From Candidatus Latescibacterota bacterium (GTDB lineage Bacteria > Latescibacterota > UBA2968 > UBA8231), in contig OZ242318.1 in NCBI GenBank assembly GCA_965208105.1, positions 4,160,001 to 4,224,000 on the forward strand: a DNA stretch of 64,000 nt, given 5' to 3'. Made by a program: the position numbers and the translations under genes. The notes under the pieces were generated by a model, which made no database searches, was not told the origin of the DNA, and saw only the letters and a list, made by a program, of their open reading frames with translations. Of the stretch, positions 10,092 through 20,109 are shown piece by piece (position 1 is the first letter of the stretch; every line of letters begins with the position of its first letter).

Positions 10092-10918
10092 AAGGAAGAG
10101 CGGAGGTATTGGCATTGGCCGCCGGGATGATTGTTGCCTGGATGGTGCTGACAGGAGCGGTGGTTGGCGACCAGGTTGCCTCGAAGGCGGCCGAGGCCAT
10201 GAAGCGCTACGAGCGGGGTGAGTACGAAGATGCGCTCAGGCTCTACCGCGAAGCTCAGATCCGGGAGCCTGGGTCCCCGGCGCTGCATTTCAACGTGGGC
10301 GACGCGCTATACAAGCTGGGAGATCTGGCCGCCGCTCTCGAGGAGTTCGAGAAGGCATCCCTTGGTGGCGGAGAAAATGAGGTCAGGGGGCGGGCCTTCT
10401 ACAATCTGGGCAAGACCTACTTCCAGCAGGGACAGTTCCCGGAGGCCGCGGAGGCCTTCAAGCAGGTGCTGGAGCTGGACTGGAAGGACCGGCCGGCGAA
10501 ACTCCACCTGGAGCTGGCGCTGGAACAGCTGGAAGACCGGCAGGACGGTCAGCGGGATAGACAAAAGGGGCAGGAAGACCGGCAGGGCGGTCAGGAGGAT
10601 CGGCAGGAGGGGCAGGAAGGCCGGCAAGATCAGCAGGAGGGGCAGCAGGGCAGGAAGGATCAGCAGGAGAATGGGGAGGATCGGCAGGAGGGGGAGAAGG
10701 ACCGGCAGCGACAGGATCAGGGACAACAGATGCATCGACAGGAGGGCCGGCGCGGTGACCCGGGACCGGAAGAAGGGCTGGACGAGGGCAGCGATGCCTC
10801 ACTTCCCTTGAGACAGGAAGAGGCCGAGCGTTTGTTGCAGGCGCTGGAGGACCGCGAGAAGCTGGCCTTGCTGCGCCTCTTGAAAGGTGCGCAGAGCGCC
10901 CGCGGCAAGGACTGGTAG
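10088..10918 (+). CDS. batC: BatC TPR protein with Q/E/D/R/G-rich low-complexity linker
   Basis: TPR motifs (FNVGDALYK, YNLGKTYF), QEGQ-type repeats, AERLL.AL...E, C-terminal KDW. Confidence 0.8.
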   Translation: MKGRAEVLALAAGMIVAWMVLTGAVVGDQVASKAAEAMKRYERGEYEDALRLYREAQIREPGSPALHFNVGDALYKLGDLAAALEEFEKASLGGGENEVRGRAFYNLGKTYFQQGQFPEAAEAFKQVLELDWKDRPAKLHLELALEQLEDRQDGQRDRQKGQEDRQGGQEDRQEGQEGRQDQQEGQQGRKDQQENGEDRQEGEKDRQRQDQGQQMHRQEGRRGDPGPEEGLDEGSDASLPLRQEEAERLLQALEDREKLALLRLLKGAQSARGKDW

Positions 10919-10919
10919 G

Positions 10920-12734
10920 ATGTGGGTGGAAAAATCGATTCGAACGGCGTTGATCGCTTGCGCCGCAGGCCTCCTCGGAGCCCCTGCCTTTGCCATCGAG
11001 TTCACCGCCGAGATCGACCGCAGCCGCGCCGGCGAGGCCGATCCCATCCGCCTTGTCCTGAGCATTGCCGCGGATGAAAATATCCCGGAGATCCCCGTCC
11101 CTGAACTGGTCCTCGACGAATTCCACGTGGAGGGCCCGAGTCTCAGCACCCGGGTGGAGATGGTCAACTTCCGCACCACTTTCAAACGGGAGCTGACCTA
11201 CACCATTTACGGGCGCAGGCCCGGCAACTTTGTCATCGGTCCGGCCAGGATCGAACTTGGGGGCAGGACCTACGAGACCGAGCCGCTCAAGGTCGAAATC
11301 GTCCCCGGTTCGCTGCGCCAGGCTCCGCTCGCGGGTCAAGGCGAGCCGGCGGCGCCGGCAAGTATCGCGGACAACCTGTTCCTGCGCGTACGCAGCGACC
11401 GCGGCAGGGCCTACGTTGGACAGCAGGTAACCCTGGACTACGATCTGTGCTATCGCTTCAGGCTCCGCAACGTGGGTTTCAAGCAACTACCGACCTTTGC
11501 GGGCTTCTGGGTCAAGGAGCTCTTCGCAGCCCAGACCCTGGAGGTCCGCCGCGAAACGATTCGCGGGTCTCAGTTCGACGTGGCCCCGCTGCGCCGGGTC
11601 GCCCTCTTCCCCACAAGAGCGGGAACGCACCAGGTCGAGGCCATGGTCCTCTCCTGCGAGATCCACCGGAGGCGCAGGCAGCGCAGCGTCTTCGACTCCT
11701 TCGGGCTTTTCGACGGCTTCGGCCAACCCGGCCAAAGTGTGACAGTACGCAGCGAGGCGGTGGAAATCGAGGCTCTGCCCTTGCCGCGGGACAGAAGGCC
11801 GCCGGACTTCAGCGGTGCGGTGGGCCGCTTCGCTCTCGACGTCGAGGCCATGCCAACCGCGGTGCCGGTCGGCGACCCTGTGACCCTCAGGGTGGAGGTG
11901 AGTGGCCGGGGCAACGTGAACGCACTGAATTTCGAGGCCCTGGAGGGGCTGCCGGGGTTTGAAGTATACGAGCCCCGGGTAGAAACGGCCGAATCGGTTG
12001 AGAGCGGGGTCTATGGGGGCAGCCGCACCTTCGAGTACATCCTGATTCCGGAGCGCGGAGGACAACTGGAGATCCCCGCCCTGCGATTGTCCTACTTCGA
12101 TCCCCACAGCGCTTCTTACCGGGTAGCGCATTCCACTCCCATCCAAATCGCCAGTGATGGGGGCGAAATGGCTCTCGAAGGCAGCGAGTACGGGCTGAGC
12201 CGCAAAACCATCGAGGAAGTGGGCAGGGATATCCGTCACATCAAACCGGATCTGGAGGAGCTGGAGGATGTGGAGTTTCTCTACCGGAGGAAATCCATCT
12301 GGATCCTGCCTGCCCTGCTGCCCCTGGCCTACGCGGGACTGCTGCTTCACCAGCGCCACCAGCAGCGCCTCGAAGGAGACGTGGCCTACGCCCGGCGGCG
12401 GCGGGCAAGAGGCGAGGCAGACAAGCGCCTAAGCCGGGCCCGACAGCTGCTGGAGGAGGATCGCGGCATCGAGTTCTACGCCGAAATCCAGCGTGCCTTG
12501 CTGAGCTTTTTGGCCGATCACCTGAATCTCGCGGCCGCCGGACTTACCCGGGAGACATGGGCGGCGTCGCTGGAGGAGAGAGGAGTGGGGGAAACCGAAA
12601 TCTGCGAGGTGGGAGAATTTCTGGACAGGTGCGACTTCGTGCGCTTTGCGCCGGCGGCCCCGGAGCGTCCCGAAATGGAAAAAGCGCAGCAGGAGGCTGC
12701 GCAGCTCATCGCAAGCCTGGGGAGGAGGGTCTGA
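10920..12734 (+). CDS. batD: BatD family protein
   Basis: Signal peptide, Ig-like repeats, YVGQQV, P.F.GFW, LP...P..F.GAVG.F, YFDP....Y, DIR.IK, C..RFAP. Confidence 0.85.
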   Translation: MWVEKSIRTALIACAAGLLGAPAFAIEFTAEIDRSRAGEADPIRLVLSIAADENIPEIPVPELVLDEFHVEGPSLSTRVEMVNFRTTFKRELTYTIYGRRPGNFVIGPARIELGGRTYETEPLKVEIVPGSLRQAPLAGQGEPAAPASIADNLFLRVRSDRGRAYVGQQVTLDYDLCYRFRLRNVGFKQLPTFAGFWVKELFAAQTLEVRRETIRGSQFDVAPLRRVALFPTRAGTHQVEAMVLSCEIHRRRRQRSVFDSFGLFDGFGQPGQSVTVRSEAVEIEALPLPRDRRPPDFSGAVGRFALDVEAMPTAVPVGDPVTLRVEVSGRGNVNALNFEALEGLPGFEVYEPRVETAESVESGVYGGSRTFEYILIPERGGQLEIPALRLSYFDPHSASYRVAHSTPIQIASDGGEMALEGSEYGLSRKTIEEVGRDIRHIKPDLEELEDVEFLYRRKSIWILPALLPLAYAGLLLHQRHQQRLEGDVAYARRRRARGEADKRLSRARQLLEEDRGIEFYAEIQRALLSFLADHLNLAAAGLTRETWAASLEERGVGETEICEVGEFLDRCDFVRFAPAAPERPEMEKAQQEAAQLIASLGRRV

Positions 12735-13489
12735 TGCGCCTGACCCTTGTGGTCCTCGCGCTGATCCTGGCGGGGCAGGGGGTGCCCGAGGCTCGATCCG
12801 CCTTCCCGGGGCGCTACAACGAGGCCAATGACCTGTACCGCGGCGGCGAGTTCCATGAGGCCCGGGAGATCTACCTCGAGGTAGCCGCCAGCGGGATCCG
12901 GAATTCGGGGCTGTTTTACAACCTGGGCAATTCCTGCTTCAAGTCGGGGCGCCTGGGCGAGGCCATCCTCTGGTACGAACGGGCGCGGAGGATCGATCCC
13001 CGCGACGCCGATATCAGAGCCAACCTGCGTTTTGCCAACCAGGTGAAGAAGGACCGCGACCCGGCGCCGGCCGGGAACGCGGTGTGGGGCTTTCTCCTCG
13101 CACTGTTTCTCTTCCCCTCGATGAACGAGTTGTGCCTCGTCTTTTTTCTGCTGTCCCTGCTGGTTTTCCTGCTGGCGGTCTGGCGCCTGCGGCTGCGCAC
13201 GACACGGGCTTTGTGGCTCGCTCTTTTCCTCACCTGCAGCGGCTTGACCGTGCTGGCGGGAGGGTGGGGTGGACTGCGCATCCACCGGCAGGAAACCCTG
13301 GTCGAGGCCATCGTCGTCGTCGGCCAGGCCACGGCGCGCAGCGGACCGGAATCGCGGCAGACCGCGGTGCTCGTCGTCCATGAGGGCACCAAGGTCCGGG
13401 TCGAGAGAATGGAGGGAGAATGGCGGCTCGTACGCCTTGCCAACGGCCTTGGCGGGTGGCTGCCGGCAGCTTCCCTCGTTAATATTTGA
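12734..13489 (+). CDS. batE: BatE (TPR + TM + SH3b)
   Basis: YNLGN..FK.G.LG.AIL.YERA....P.D.DI..NL; RSGP, HEGTKV, GW.P. Confidence 0.85.
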   Translation: MRLTLVVLALILAGQGVPEARSAFPGRYNEANDLYRGGEFHEAREIYLEVAASGIRNSGLFYNLGNSCFKSGRLGEAILWYERARRIDPRDADIRANLRFANQVKKDRDPAPAGNAVWGFLLALFLFPSMNELCLVFFLLSLLVFLLAVWRLRLRTTRALWLALFLTCSGLTVLAGGWGGLRIHRQETLVEAIVVVGQATARSGPESRQTAVLVVHEGTKVRVERMEGEWRLVRLANGLGGWLPAASLVNI

Positions 13490-13534
13490 AAGGCCTGCCG
13501 CTCTGCCGGCAGGGTTGAAATGAAAGGGGATTTC

Positions 13535-14590
13535 ATGGCCGGATTGAAGGTGGGAATCATCGGCGTGGGGGGAATTGCCCGCTCCCATGTTCCGGGGTGG
13601 CAGGCTTCGCGGGAGGCTGAGTTGGTGGCCGGCAGCGACCTGGATGCGGACGTGCTCGGCCGCTGGGGAGAAGAAAGTGGGGTAAGCAGGCTCTATACCG
13701 AAGCCGCCGACCTCTTCGCGGATGGCGACATTGACATCGTCGACATCTGCACCCCCAACAGGTACCACGCCGAGCTCGCCATCAGCGCCCTGGAGGCCGG
13801 CAAACACGTGATTTGCGAAAAGCCGCTCGCCCCTACTCCCGATGCCATCCGCCAGATGATCGCCGCGCGCGACCGCGCCGGCAAGATGCTGATGACGGCG
13901 CAGCATTTCCGCTTCGAAGACAGTGTGGTGGCGCTGAAGGCGGAGATCGATACGGGGACACTCGGAGATATATACCATGCGCGAAGCTGGATGTTGCGCC
14001 GGGCCGGTCTGATCCCCACTCCCACCTTCGTTCTCAAAGAGCACAGCGGGGGAGGGCCGTGCATCGACATCGGGGTCCACATTCTCGACCTGACCCTGTG
14101 GTTCATGGGCAATCCCCGGCCGGTGGCGGTGAGCGGGGTAGCCCGGGCGGAGCTGGCGCACCAGGAGGGCGCCTTCAGCAGTTGGGGGGAGCGGCCGCCG
14201 GTCCCGCGGGAGTTCGACGTCGAGGATTTCGCCGCGGCCTTCGTGCGCTTCGAGAACGGCGCGACTCTCATCCTGGAGGTGAGCTGGTTGCTGCACCACC
14301 ACACCGAGGGAGAGGACATGCAAATGTGGCTGTACGGCACCCGCGGCGGGGCGCACTGGCCCGCGTGCCGGATCGCCGAAAGCAATTACGCCACCCGGCA
14401 GCACTACGATCGCACCCTTCAGCTCATGCCCGACGGGCTCGAGGAGCACGCCCTGGAGTGCGTAGAGTTTGCCCGCGCCATCGCCGAGGGAGCACCGTCC
14501 CCGGTGCCAGCCGAGCAGTCGCTTCAGGTGGTCCAGATTCTCGATGGCATCTACCGCAGCCAGGAAGCCGGCGGCGAAGTCAGGCTCTGA
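13535..14590 (+). CDS. Gfo/Idh/MocA family oxidoreductase
   Basis: GIIGVGGIA, ICTPN..H, GKHVICEKP, GGG..IDIGVH..D. Confidence 0.9.
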   Translation: MAGLKVGIIGVGGIARSHVPGWQASREAELVAGSDLDADVLGRWGEESGVSRLYTEAADLFADGDIDIVDICTPNRYHAELAISALEAGKHVICEKPLAPTPDAIRQMIAARDRAGKMLMTAQHFRFEDSVVALKAEIDTGTLGDIYHARSWMLRRAGLIPTPTFVLKEHSGGGPCIDIGVHILDLTLWFMGNPRPVAVSGVARAELAHQEGAFSSWGERPPVPREFDVEDFAAAFVRFENGATLILEVSWLLHHHTEGEDMQMWLYGTRGGAHWPACRIAESNYATRQHYDRTLQLMPDGLEEHALECVEFARAIAEGAPSPVPAEQSLQVVQILDGIYRSQEAGGEVRL

Positions 14591-14629
14591 CCCGGGCAGG
14601 CGGTACGGCGCCACCTGCATCCCCATGTA

Positions 14630-16387
14630 CTAGATTCCTGCCTTGAAATAAGCGGCGACGGCCTCGGTGTCGAGGGTGTTGATGACGTCCTCGCTCCGCA
14701 GCCAGCCCTTGCGGGCAATGCCGATGCCGAAGTGGAGGTTGTCGAGGCCGGCGATGGAGTGGGCGTCGGTGTTTACGGCGAGGCGCACCCCGCGGTCGCG
14801 GGCCTTCCTGACGTGGCGCCAGTCCATGTCGAGTCGCGCGGGAGAGGCGTTGATCTCGATGGCGGTGCGATGCTCTGCTGCCGCGGCAATGATCGCGTCG
14901 ACGTCAACGGCGTATCCTTCCCGGTCCAGAAGGAGGCGGCCGGTGAGATGTCCGAGCATGGTGGTGGCGGGATGCTCGATGGCGCGCACGATGCGCCGGG
15001 TCATTTCCGCTTCACTCATGTTGAAGCGCGCGTGCACCGAGGCGACGACGAAATCGAATGTGGAGAGAAGGTCGTCATCGTAGTCGAGGCTCCCGTCGGC
15101 GCGGATGTCGGATTCGATTCCCCTGAAGATGTGAAAGTCCCGGCCTGCTTCGTTGAGGGCATCGATCTCCTCGTGCTGGCGGCGGATGTCCTCCTCCTTC
15201 AGGCCACCGGCATAGGCGGCCGAGCGGCTGTGATCGCTTATTCCCAGGTAGCTGTAACCCCGCTCCTCCGCCGCCGCGGCCATGGCGGCCAGGCTGTCGC
15301 TTCCGTCGCTGTAGGTCGAGTGGACGTGGAGCAGGCCGCGGATGTCTCCCGAGGTGACGAGTCCGGGCAGGGCTGCCTGCCCGGCGGCGGCGATTTCGCC
15401 GGCCCCCTCGCGCAGCTCGGGCGCAATGTAGCCCAGGCCAAGGGCCTCGTAAATTTCGGCCTCGGCGGCGCAGGGAAGCCGTTCCCCGCCGCGAAAGAGG
15501 CCGTCCTCGCGGAGCTCGAGGCCCATGGTCCGGGCCCGGGCGCACAGCTGCTCATTGTGCTCAGCGCTGCCCGTAAGGTGACGGAGGGCAAATGGGAAGG
15601 CTTCTTCAGACACGATGCGCAGGCGCGCCTTCATGCCGTTCTTGAGGCGAACCGTCGTTCCGCCGTCGCCGCCGTCGGTCAGCTCTGCAGCCTCACTCAC
15701 CTCGATGACCTCCTCGTGGGCGGCGCAGGCCGCGGCTACGCTCGCGGGATTGTCCGAGCTCAGTACCAGATCGATGGATCCGATCGTTTCCAGGTGGCGC
15801 CGCAGAGGGCCGGCCGGACTGATGCGCGCGGTGTGGGGTTGGGCGGCAAGCGCGGCTCCGAGAGATTTGGCTGCGGCCATGGCCACGTCAAGGCGGAACC
15901 GGCCATGATGGCGGCGCACGAATTCGATCCCCTCGAGGATCTGGACCTGGGTCCTGGTTCCGAAACCGGGAAGAGTGCTCAATTGCTCCTGCCGGCAGGC
16001 CTCTGCGAGGGCGTCAAGGGTGTCGATGCCGAGCTTGTCATGGACGAGGCGGATCTTCTTGGTGCCCAGCCCCGGAATCCTGAGCATGTCCAGGAGACCA
16101 GGAGGGATGGATGCCTTCAGCTCCTCGAAATCCCGGGTGGTGACGAAGCCGCTGCCGACGAACTCGGCGATTTGATTGGCAAGCCCCTTGCCCACCCCTT
16201 TGATCGATGTGAGTGACCCCTGGCTCACGAGCTCCTCCACATCCTCATCGAGGCTTGCGAAGATTCGCGCCGCCCGGAGGTAGGCGCGCAGGCGAAAGGC
16301 GTCGGCGCCGCCCAATTCCATCAGGACCGCGAGTTCTTCGAGGAATTCTCCGACGGCGCGCGCGCTGGCAGTGGGCATCTCAGACAA
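14630..16387 (-). CDS. polX: DNA polymerase X / PHP fusion, polymerase site apparently degenerate
   Basis: F.LRAY..AA, HhH motifs IKGVGKG/IPGLGTKK, TGSAEHN, ELRE; PHP motifs HVHSTYSDG, SDHS, GIESD, NTDAH. Confidence 0.88.
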   Translation of the reverse strand: MSEMPTASARAVGEFLEELAVLMELGGADAFRLRAYLRAARIFASLDEDVEELVSQGSLTSIKGVGKGLANQIAEFVGSGFVTTRDFEELKASIPPGLLDMLRIPGLGTKKIRLVHDKLGIDTLDALAEACRQEQLSTLPGFGTRTQVQILEGIEFVRRHHGRFRLDVAMAAAKSLGAALAAQPHTARISPAGPLRRHLETIGSIDLVLSSDNPASVAAACAAHEEVIEVSEAAELTDGGDGGTTVRLKNGMKARLRIVSEEAFPFALRHLTGSAEHNEQLCARARTMGLELREDGLFRGGERLPCAAEAEIYEALGLGYIAPELREGAGEIAAAGQAALPGLVTSGDIRGLLHVHSTYSDGSDSLAAMAAAAEERGYSYLGISDHSRSAAYAGGLKEEDIRRQHEEIDALNEAGRDFHIFRGIESDIRADGSLDYDDDLLSTFDFVVASVHARFNMSEAEMTRRIVRAIEHPATTMLGHLTGRLLLDREGYAVDVDAIIAAAAEHRTAIEINASPARLDMDWRHVRKARDRGVRLAVNTDAHSIAGLDNLHFGIGIARKGWLRSEDVINTLDTEAVAAYFKAGI

Positions 16388-17162
16388 CCTCTCCGACCAG
16401 TTCGAGCATGGCCGAGGTCAGGGCCTGGTTGCCGGCTACCAGGCCGCCGTCGATGCGGGGATCGAGCTGATTGTAGCTCCGTACCCGGCCCTCGAGGTCG
16501 AGCATGAGGCCCCCTGCCTCGCGCACCAGGAGATCGCCGGCACAGACGTCCCACTCGTTCTTGGGCTGGACGCTGAGGTTGAGATCGCCCCGGCCTGCGG
16601 CAACGGAGGCCAGTTTGTAGGAGACGCTGCCGAGGGGCCGCACTTGCCCGAGATGGGGATGGAAGGGGTCGACCTCCCCTCTTCCGGCCTCGCTGCGGCT
16701 GACGATCAGGGTGGCCTGATCGAGCCGGGTCGTGGCGCTGCAGAACACCCTCTTGCCGTTGAGAAAGGCACCTCCTCCTCTCACCGCGGCGTATAGTTCG
16801 TCCCTGGCCGGATTGAAGATCACGCCGACGACGGGCTCGCCCTGGCGCACGAGGGCGATGGAGACCACGTACTCGGGGATGCGCTGGAGGAACTCCCTGG
16901 TGCCGTCGATGGGGTCCACGATCCAGACGGTCTCCTTGTGCAGCCGCCGGGCGTCGTCGGCCGTCTCCTCGGAGAGCCAGCCATAGTCGGGGCAGGCCCC
17001 CAGGAGGATCTCCTTGAGGAGCAGGTCCGCCTCGAGGTCGGCGGTGGAGACCGGATGGCCGCCGCCTTTGTCGCGGACATCGGCCTGGCGGCCGAAATAT
17101 TCGAGGGTGAGGGCGCCGGTCTTGCGGCCGGCGTCAAGGGCGAGTTCGAGCTTGTCTCTCAT
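16380..17162 (-). CDS. Inositol monophosphatase / CysQ family protein
   Basis: PVS.ADL.AD, WLSEE, WIVDPIDGT.EF, EWDVCAG. Confidence 0.88.
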   Translation of the reverse strand: MRDKLELALDAGRKTGALTLEYFGRQADVRDKGGGHPVSTADLEADLLLKEILLGACPDYGWLSEETADDARRLHKETVWIVDPIDGTREFLQRIPEYVVSIALVRQGEPVVGVIFNPARDELYAAVRGGGAFLNGKRVFCSATTRLDQATLIVSRSEAGRGEVDPFHPHLGQVRPLGSVSYKLASVAAGRGDLNLSVQPKNEWDVCAGDLLVREAGGLMLDLEGRVRSYNQLDPRIDGGLVAGNQALTSAMLELVGEVV

Positions 17163-17386
17163 CGGGGCTGGTTCCGACCCGGGACAGGCCGGCTGCCAAC
17201 AAACATATTGGCTGGGCGATGGTCCGGCAAGGCGAGGGGGAGGGGGCAGAGAGGGGATCGGCGCCTCTGCCCATGGTGTCTGGCAGGAGTCCGCGCATCG
17301 GCTTGACTCGACGCGCAGGGGGCCTAGATTGAAATTTTGAAAGCGGAAAGGCGAATGACCAGGTATCCATTGTGGAGGTTTGACCG

Positions 17387-18091
17387 ATGAGATCGAGGTT
17401 TTCCGGATCGAGGTTGTTGACGCTGCTGGTGCTGGTGGCTCTTTGTCCGTGGGCTGCGGACCCGGCACAGGGAACATTGAGCGTGGATGAGACCAGGGCC
17501 CTGCTGCGGCAACTGCAGGAGAGTGACCTGTGGGGTGAGGCGGTGCTGGAAGGCGGGAGGATTCGCGATATCAAGGTGGATTCCCTGGCTGCCGACAGCG
17601 TGATCGTGCGCGAGGTCGTCGGGGCGCTGCACCAGCGCCGCGCGGTTTACTCCCTGACCGAGATCAACTCGCTGCGCCAGTTGGGAGCACAGCGGATCCC
17701 GCAGGCACGTATGCCCATGCGGGGGCCGAAGTCCATGCTGGGAGCCATGGTCTTCGAGATGATACCCGGGGCGGGGTACTACTACATCGGGGAAACCCGG
17801 CAAGGCCTGGTGCTGCAGGCATTCACGGCGCTGGCCGCCGGCGCGGTAATGGCCACGGGCAGGGAAGGAGCGGTTGGGTGGGCCCCGCTGGCGGTCTGGG
17901 TCAGGGTGGGATCCCTGCTGCACCTGTGGGACGAAGTGAAGGCGCTGAACGAGGTGGCGCGTTCGTCGGCCCCTGCCGGCGCGTCCAGGGAGGGGACTGG
18001 CGAAACGGGGCAGGGGGGAAGAGCGTCGGTCGGGCTGATGCGCGGAGAAGAGGGGGCGGTTCCGGCGCTGCAGATCCACTTTTCCTTTTGA
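17387..18091 (+). CDS. Hypothetical exported/membrane protein
   Basis: GGAGG RBS, signal peptide, IPGAG.YY.G motif, C-terminal Phe. Confidence 0.6.
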   Translation: MRSRFSGSRLLTLLVLVALCPWAADPAQGTLSVDETRALLRQLQESDLWGEAVLEGGRIRDIKVDSLAADSVIVREVVGALHQRRAVYSLTEINSLRQLGAQRIPQARMPMRGPKSMLGAMVFEMIPGAGYYYIGETRQGLVLQAFTALAAGAVMATGREGAVGWAPLAVWVRVGSLLHLWDEVKALNEVARSSAPAGASREGTGETGQGGRASVGLMRGEEGAVPALQIHFSF

Positions 18092-18241
18092 GAGAAACCG
18101 CGCCGGGGCCAGTAGGGCATATGGTGCTGCGCCGGCATGGAATTGCAGTGAATCGCTTCAATCACTCATGCCCTGGAATCCTTCGCTCCGCTTGATCCCC
18201 ACCTAGTGTCCCGTCGCAGAGATAGGTTGACGAAATTGGGC

Positions 18242-18275
18242 CGCTCAGGCGCCCGGCTCACCAGGCGCCTGAGCG
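18242..18275. terminator. 12-bp inverted repeat between convergent genes
   Basis: CGCTCAGGCGCC-N10-GGCGCCTGAGCG; no clear U-tract. Confidence 0.4.
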
Positions 18276-18366
18276 AGTCGTACCAGTGGTGTACGGTGAG
18301 TGAAGGCAACGCCGTGAGCCGGGATGGATCGGCGAAATAATGGCGACATATTTCTGCGGCGGGACA

Positions 18367-20109
18367 CTAGTCTTCCTGGCACTGGACCCGCAGCTCGCAC
18401 TGGTGCAGGGTGGGCCAGGAGCCGCTCAGCCCCGGCCCCTGCTGCTGGTAGCCCTGGGGCAACTTGAACCCCTCCAGCACCACCAGCACGGTGTTTTCCC
18501 CGTGCTGCAGCGGCGGATCGTCCACCACCAGCCATTCCTCCCCGAGTGAGTTTCTGATCTTTCCCGCCGACAGCAGATCGATCTGGCGGCCGTTCACCTC
18601 GCAGCGAACGCGCTCGATGCACTCCTCGTGATGGGCGAGGCGCAGGCGCAGTTGGGTCTTCTTGATGCGGCCTTCCGCCCGTCCGGCCTCGATGTCGTCT
18701 TCGACGAGCAGGCGCAGCGCGTGCCCGGGTCCGGAGCCGCGGCCGCTGAGTGCCAGCTTGCGCGGCAGTTGAGGGAGGAAATCGCCCGGGGAGCCGGAGT
18801 CGCTCAGGTGGTAGCAGCGGTCCAGCCCGGCGAGGATTTCGGGATCGCCGAGATCGCGCAGGGTCTGGAGGTCCCTCCTGGTGAAACGGTCCGAATCGAA
18901 GGGGCCCTGCAGGCCGCTGTAGAGGGGAGGAGAGGGAAGCAGGGGCATGTCGCTCACGTCGCCCGCGGCCACCGGCTCGCCGCGGTGGTTGGCGTAATCG
19001 TGGTTGAAGAGGTGGACCCCGGCCGCGCCCTGCCTGTAACCGTTGAGGGCGATGGCGCGCCGCAGCGAGGGTTGGCCGTTCTCGTAGCCGTCCTGGGGCG
19101 AGGCTTTGTAGGTGCCGGCCGAGCCCACGTAGATCAGAGCGCCACTGTTGCGGGCGGCGGCCACCGCCCGTGCAACGTCCATCTCCAACTGCCATCCTCT
19201 TGGCGAGGAGACCACCGCCAGGTCCACCAGGCCTTCTTCGATCCAGGTTTCCGGATCGAGACCCAGCTCCATGCTTGCATCCAGACTGCAGGGGACCCGG
19301 CACGCCAGCTTGATGTCTTTGTTCCTCCGGGCCGCGTGGCGCTCGACGATCTGGCGCGCACTGCGCATGAGTTCGGTCATCGTGGCGACGTGCTTGAAGC
19401 CCTGGTGCTGCTTGAAAAAGGGCGGCTGGCGGCAGTAGTCCAGCTCCAGGCCGTCGACATCGTAGCGGTCGAGGGTTTCGTCGAAGAGGCCGAGGAAGCG
19501 CCGCCTCACTTCCGGCTGGGCATAGTCCCACTGCCAGGAAAAATTGAAATCCTCGGCGTAGCCATTCGCTCCCCGGGGGGACGGCGAGCCGATGAGCAGG
19601 TCCGGACGGGTCACCATGAGGGCGGAGCGCCGGCCGTCGGCCATGCGGTGCTCCATGTTGCGGTGGGCGTCGTTCATGCGGAAGGAGGCATAGATGCCCA
19701 GGCCCACCTGGCGGGCGCGGTCGACGTAGAGCTGGAAGACGTCGTGGCCGTCCTCCACCATGGCGGCGAGGTTGACCTGGAGAAGGTCGGAGGGAACCAT
19801 GTTCATGGCGACGGGGGAGGTCTGCCCGGAGGAGCCTCCGGGAAGGAGGTCGCTAGCTGAAGCGCCCATGGTCTCGCCCCAGAGCTCTCCGTGGGGACTG
19901 CCGCGCCAGCACAGATCGTCGTTTATGCCGACCAGCACCGAAACCACGTCGACGCTGGTGTCCGCCAGTGGAACCAGCATGGCGGTCACGTCGTGGGGAT
20001 TGCGGCGCTTGAGGTACTTGAAGACCAGGCAGCCGTCGGTGTTGAAGATGATGCGCGGCGGCCACCTGTAGGGCAGTTGCTGCTTGCCGGTCAAATTCTC
20101 TTGCCTCAT
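18367..20109 (-). CDS. Glycoside-hydrolase-like TIM-barrel protein (GHL10-like)
   Basis: RIIFNTDG, ASFRMNDAH, WDYAQPEVR, YDVDGLELDY.R, GVHLFN; ATGA overlap with the upstream gene. Confidence 0.6.
   Translation of the reverse strand: MRQENLTGKQQLPYRWPPRIIFNTDGCLVFKYLKRRNPHDVTAMLVPLADTSVDVVSVLVGINDDLCWRGSPHGELWGETMGASASDLLPGGSSGQTSPVAMNMVPSDLLQVNLAAMVEDGHDVFQLYVDRARQVGLGIYASFRMNDAHRNMEHRMADGRRSALMVTRPDLLIGSPSPRGANGYAEDFNFSWQWDYAQPEVRRRFLGLFDETLDRYDVDGLELDYCRQPPFFKQHQGFKHVATMTELMRSARQIVERHAARRNKDIKLACRVPCSLDASMELGLDPETWIEEGLVDLAVVSSPRGWQLEMDVARAVAAARNSGALIYVGSAGTYKASPQDGYENGQPSLRRAIALNGYRQGAAGVHLFNHDYANHRGEPVAAGDVSDMPLLPSPPLYSGLQGPFDSDRFTRRDLQTLRDLGDPEILAGLDRCYHLSDSGSPGDFLPQLPRKLALSGRGSGPGHALRLLVEDDIEAGRAEGRIKKTQLRLRLAHHEECIERVRCEVNGRQIDLLSAGKIRNSLGEEWLVVDDPPLQHGENTVLVVLEGFKLPQGYQQQGPGLSGSWPTLHQCELRVQCQED

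Noticed and set aside
10530-10745. CAGGAGG-type repeats as a CRISPR array or VNTR
   Set aside because: Degenerate coding repeats of the normal BatC Q/E-rich linker; no constant repeat-spacer pattern
18131-18148. GGCATGGAATTGCA as a sigma-54 promoter
   Set aside because: GG-GC spacing is 9 nt rather than 10, and it lies between convergent genes
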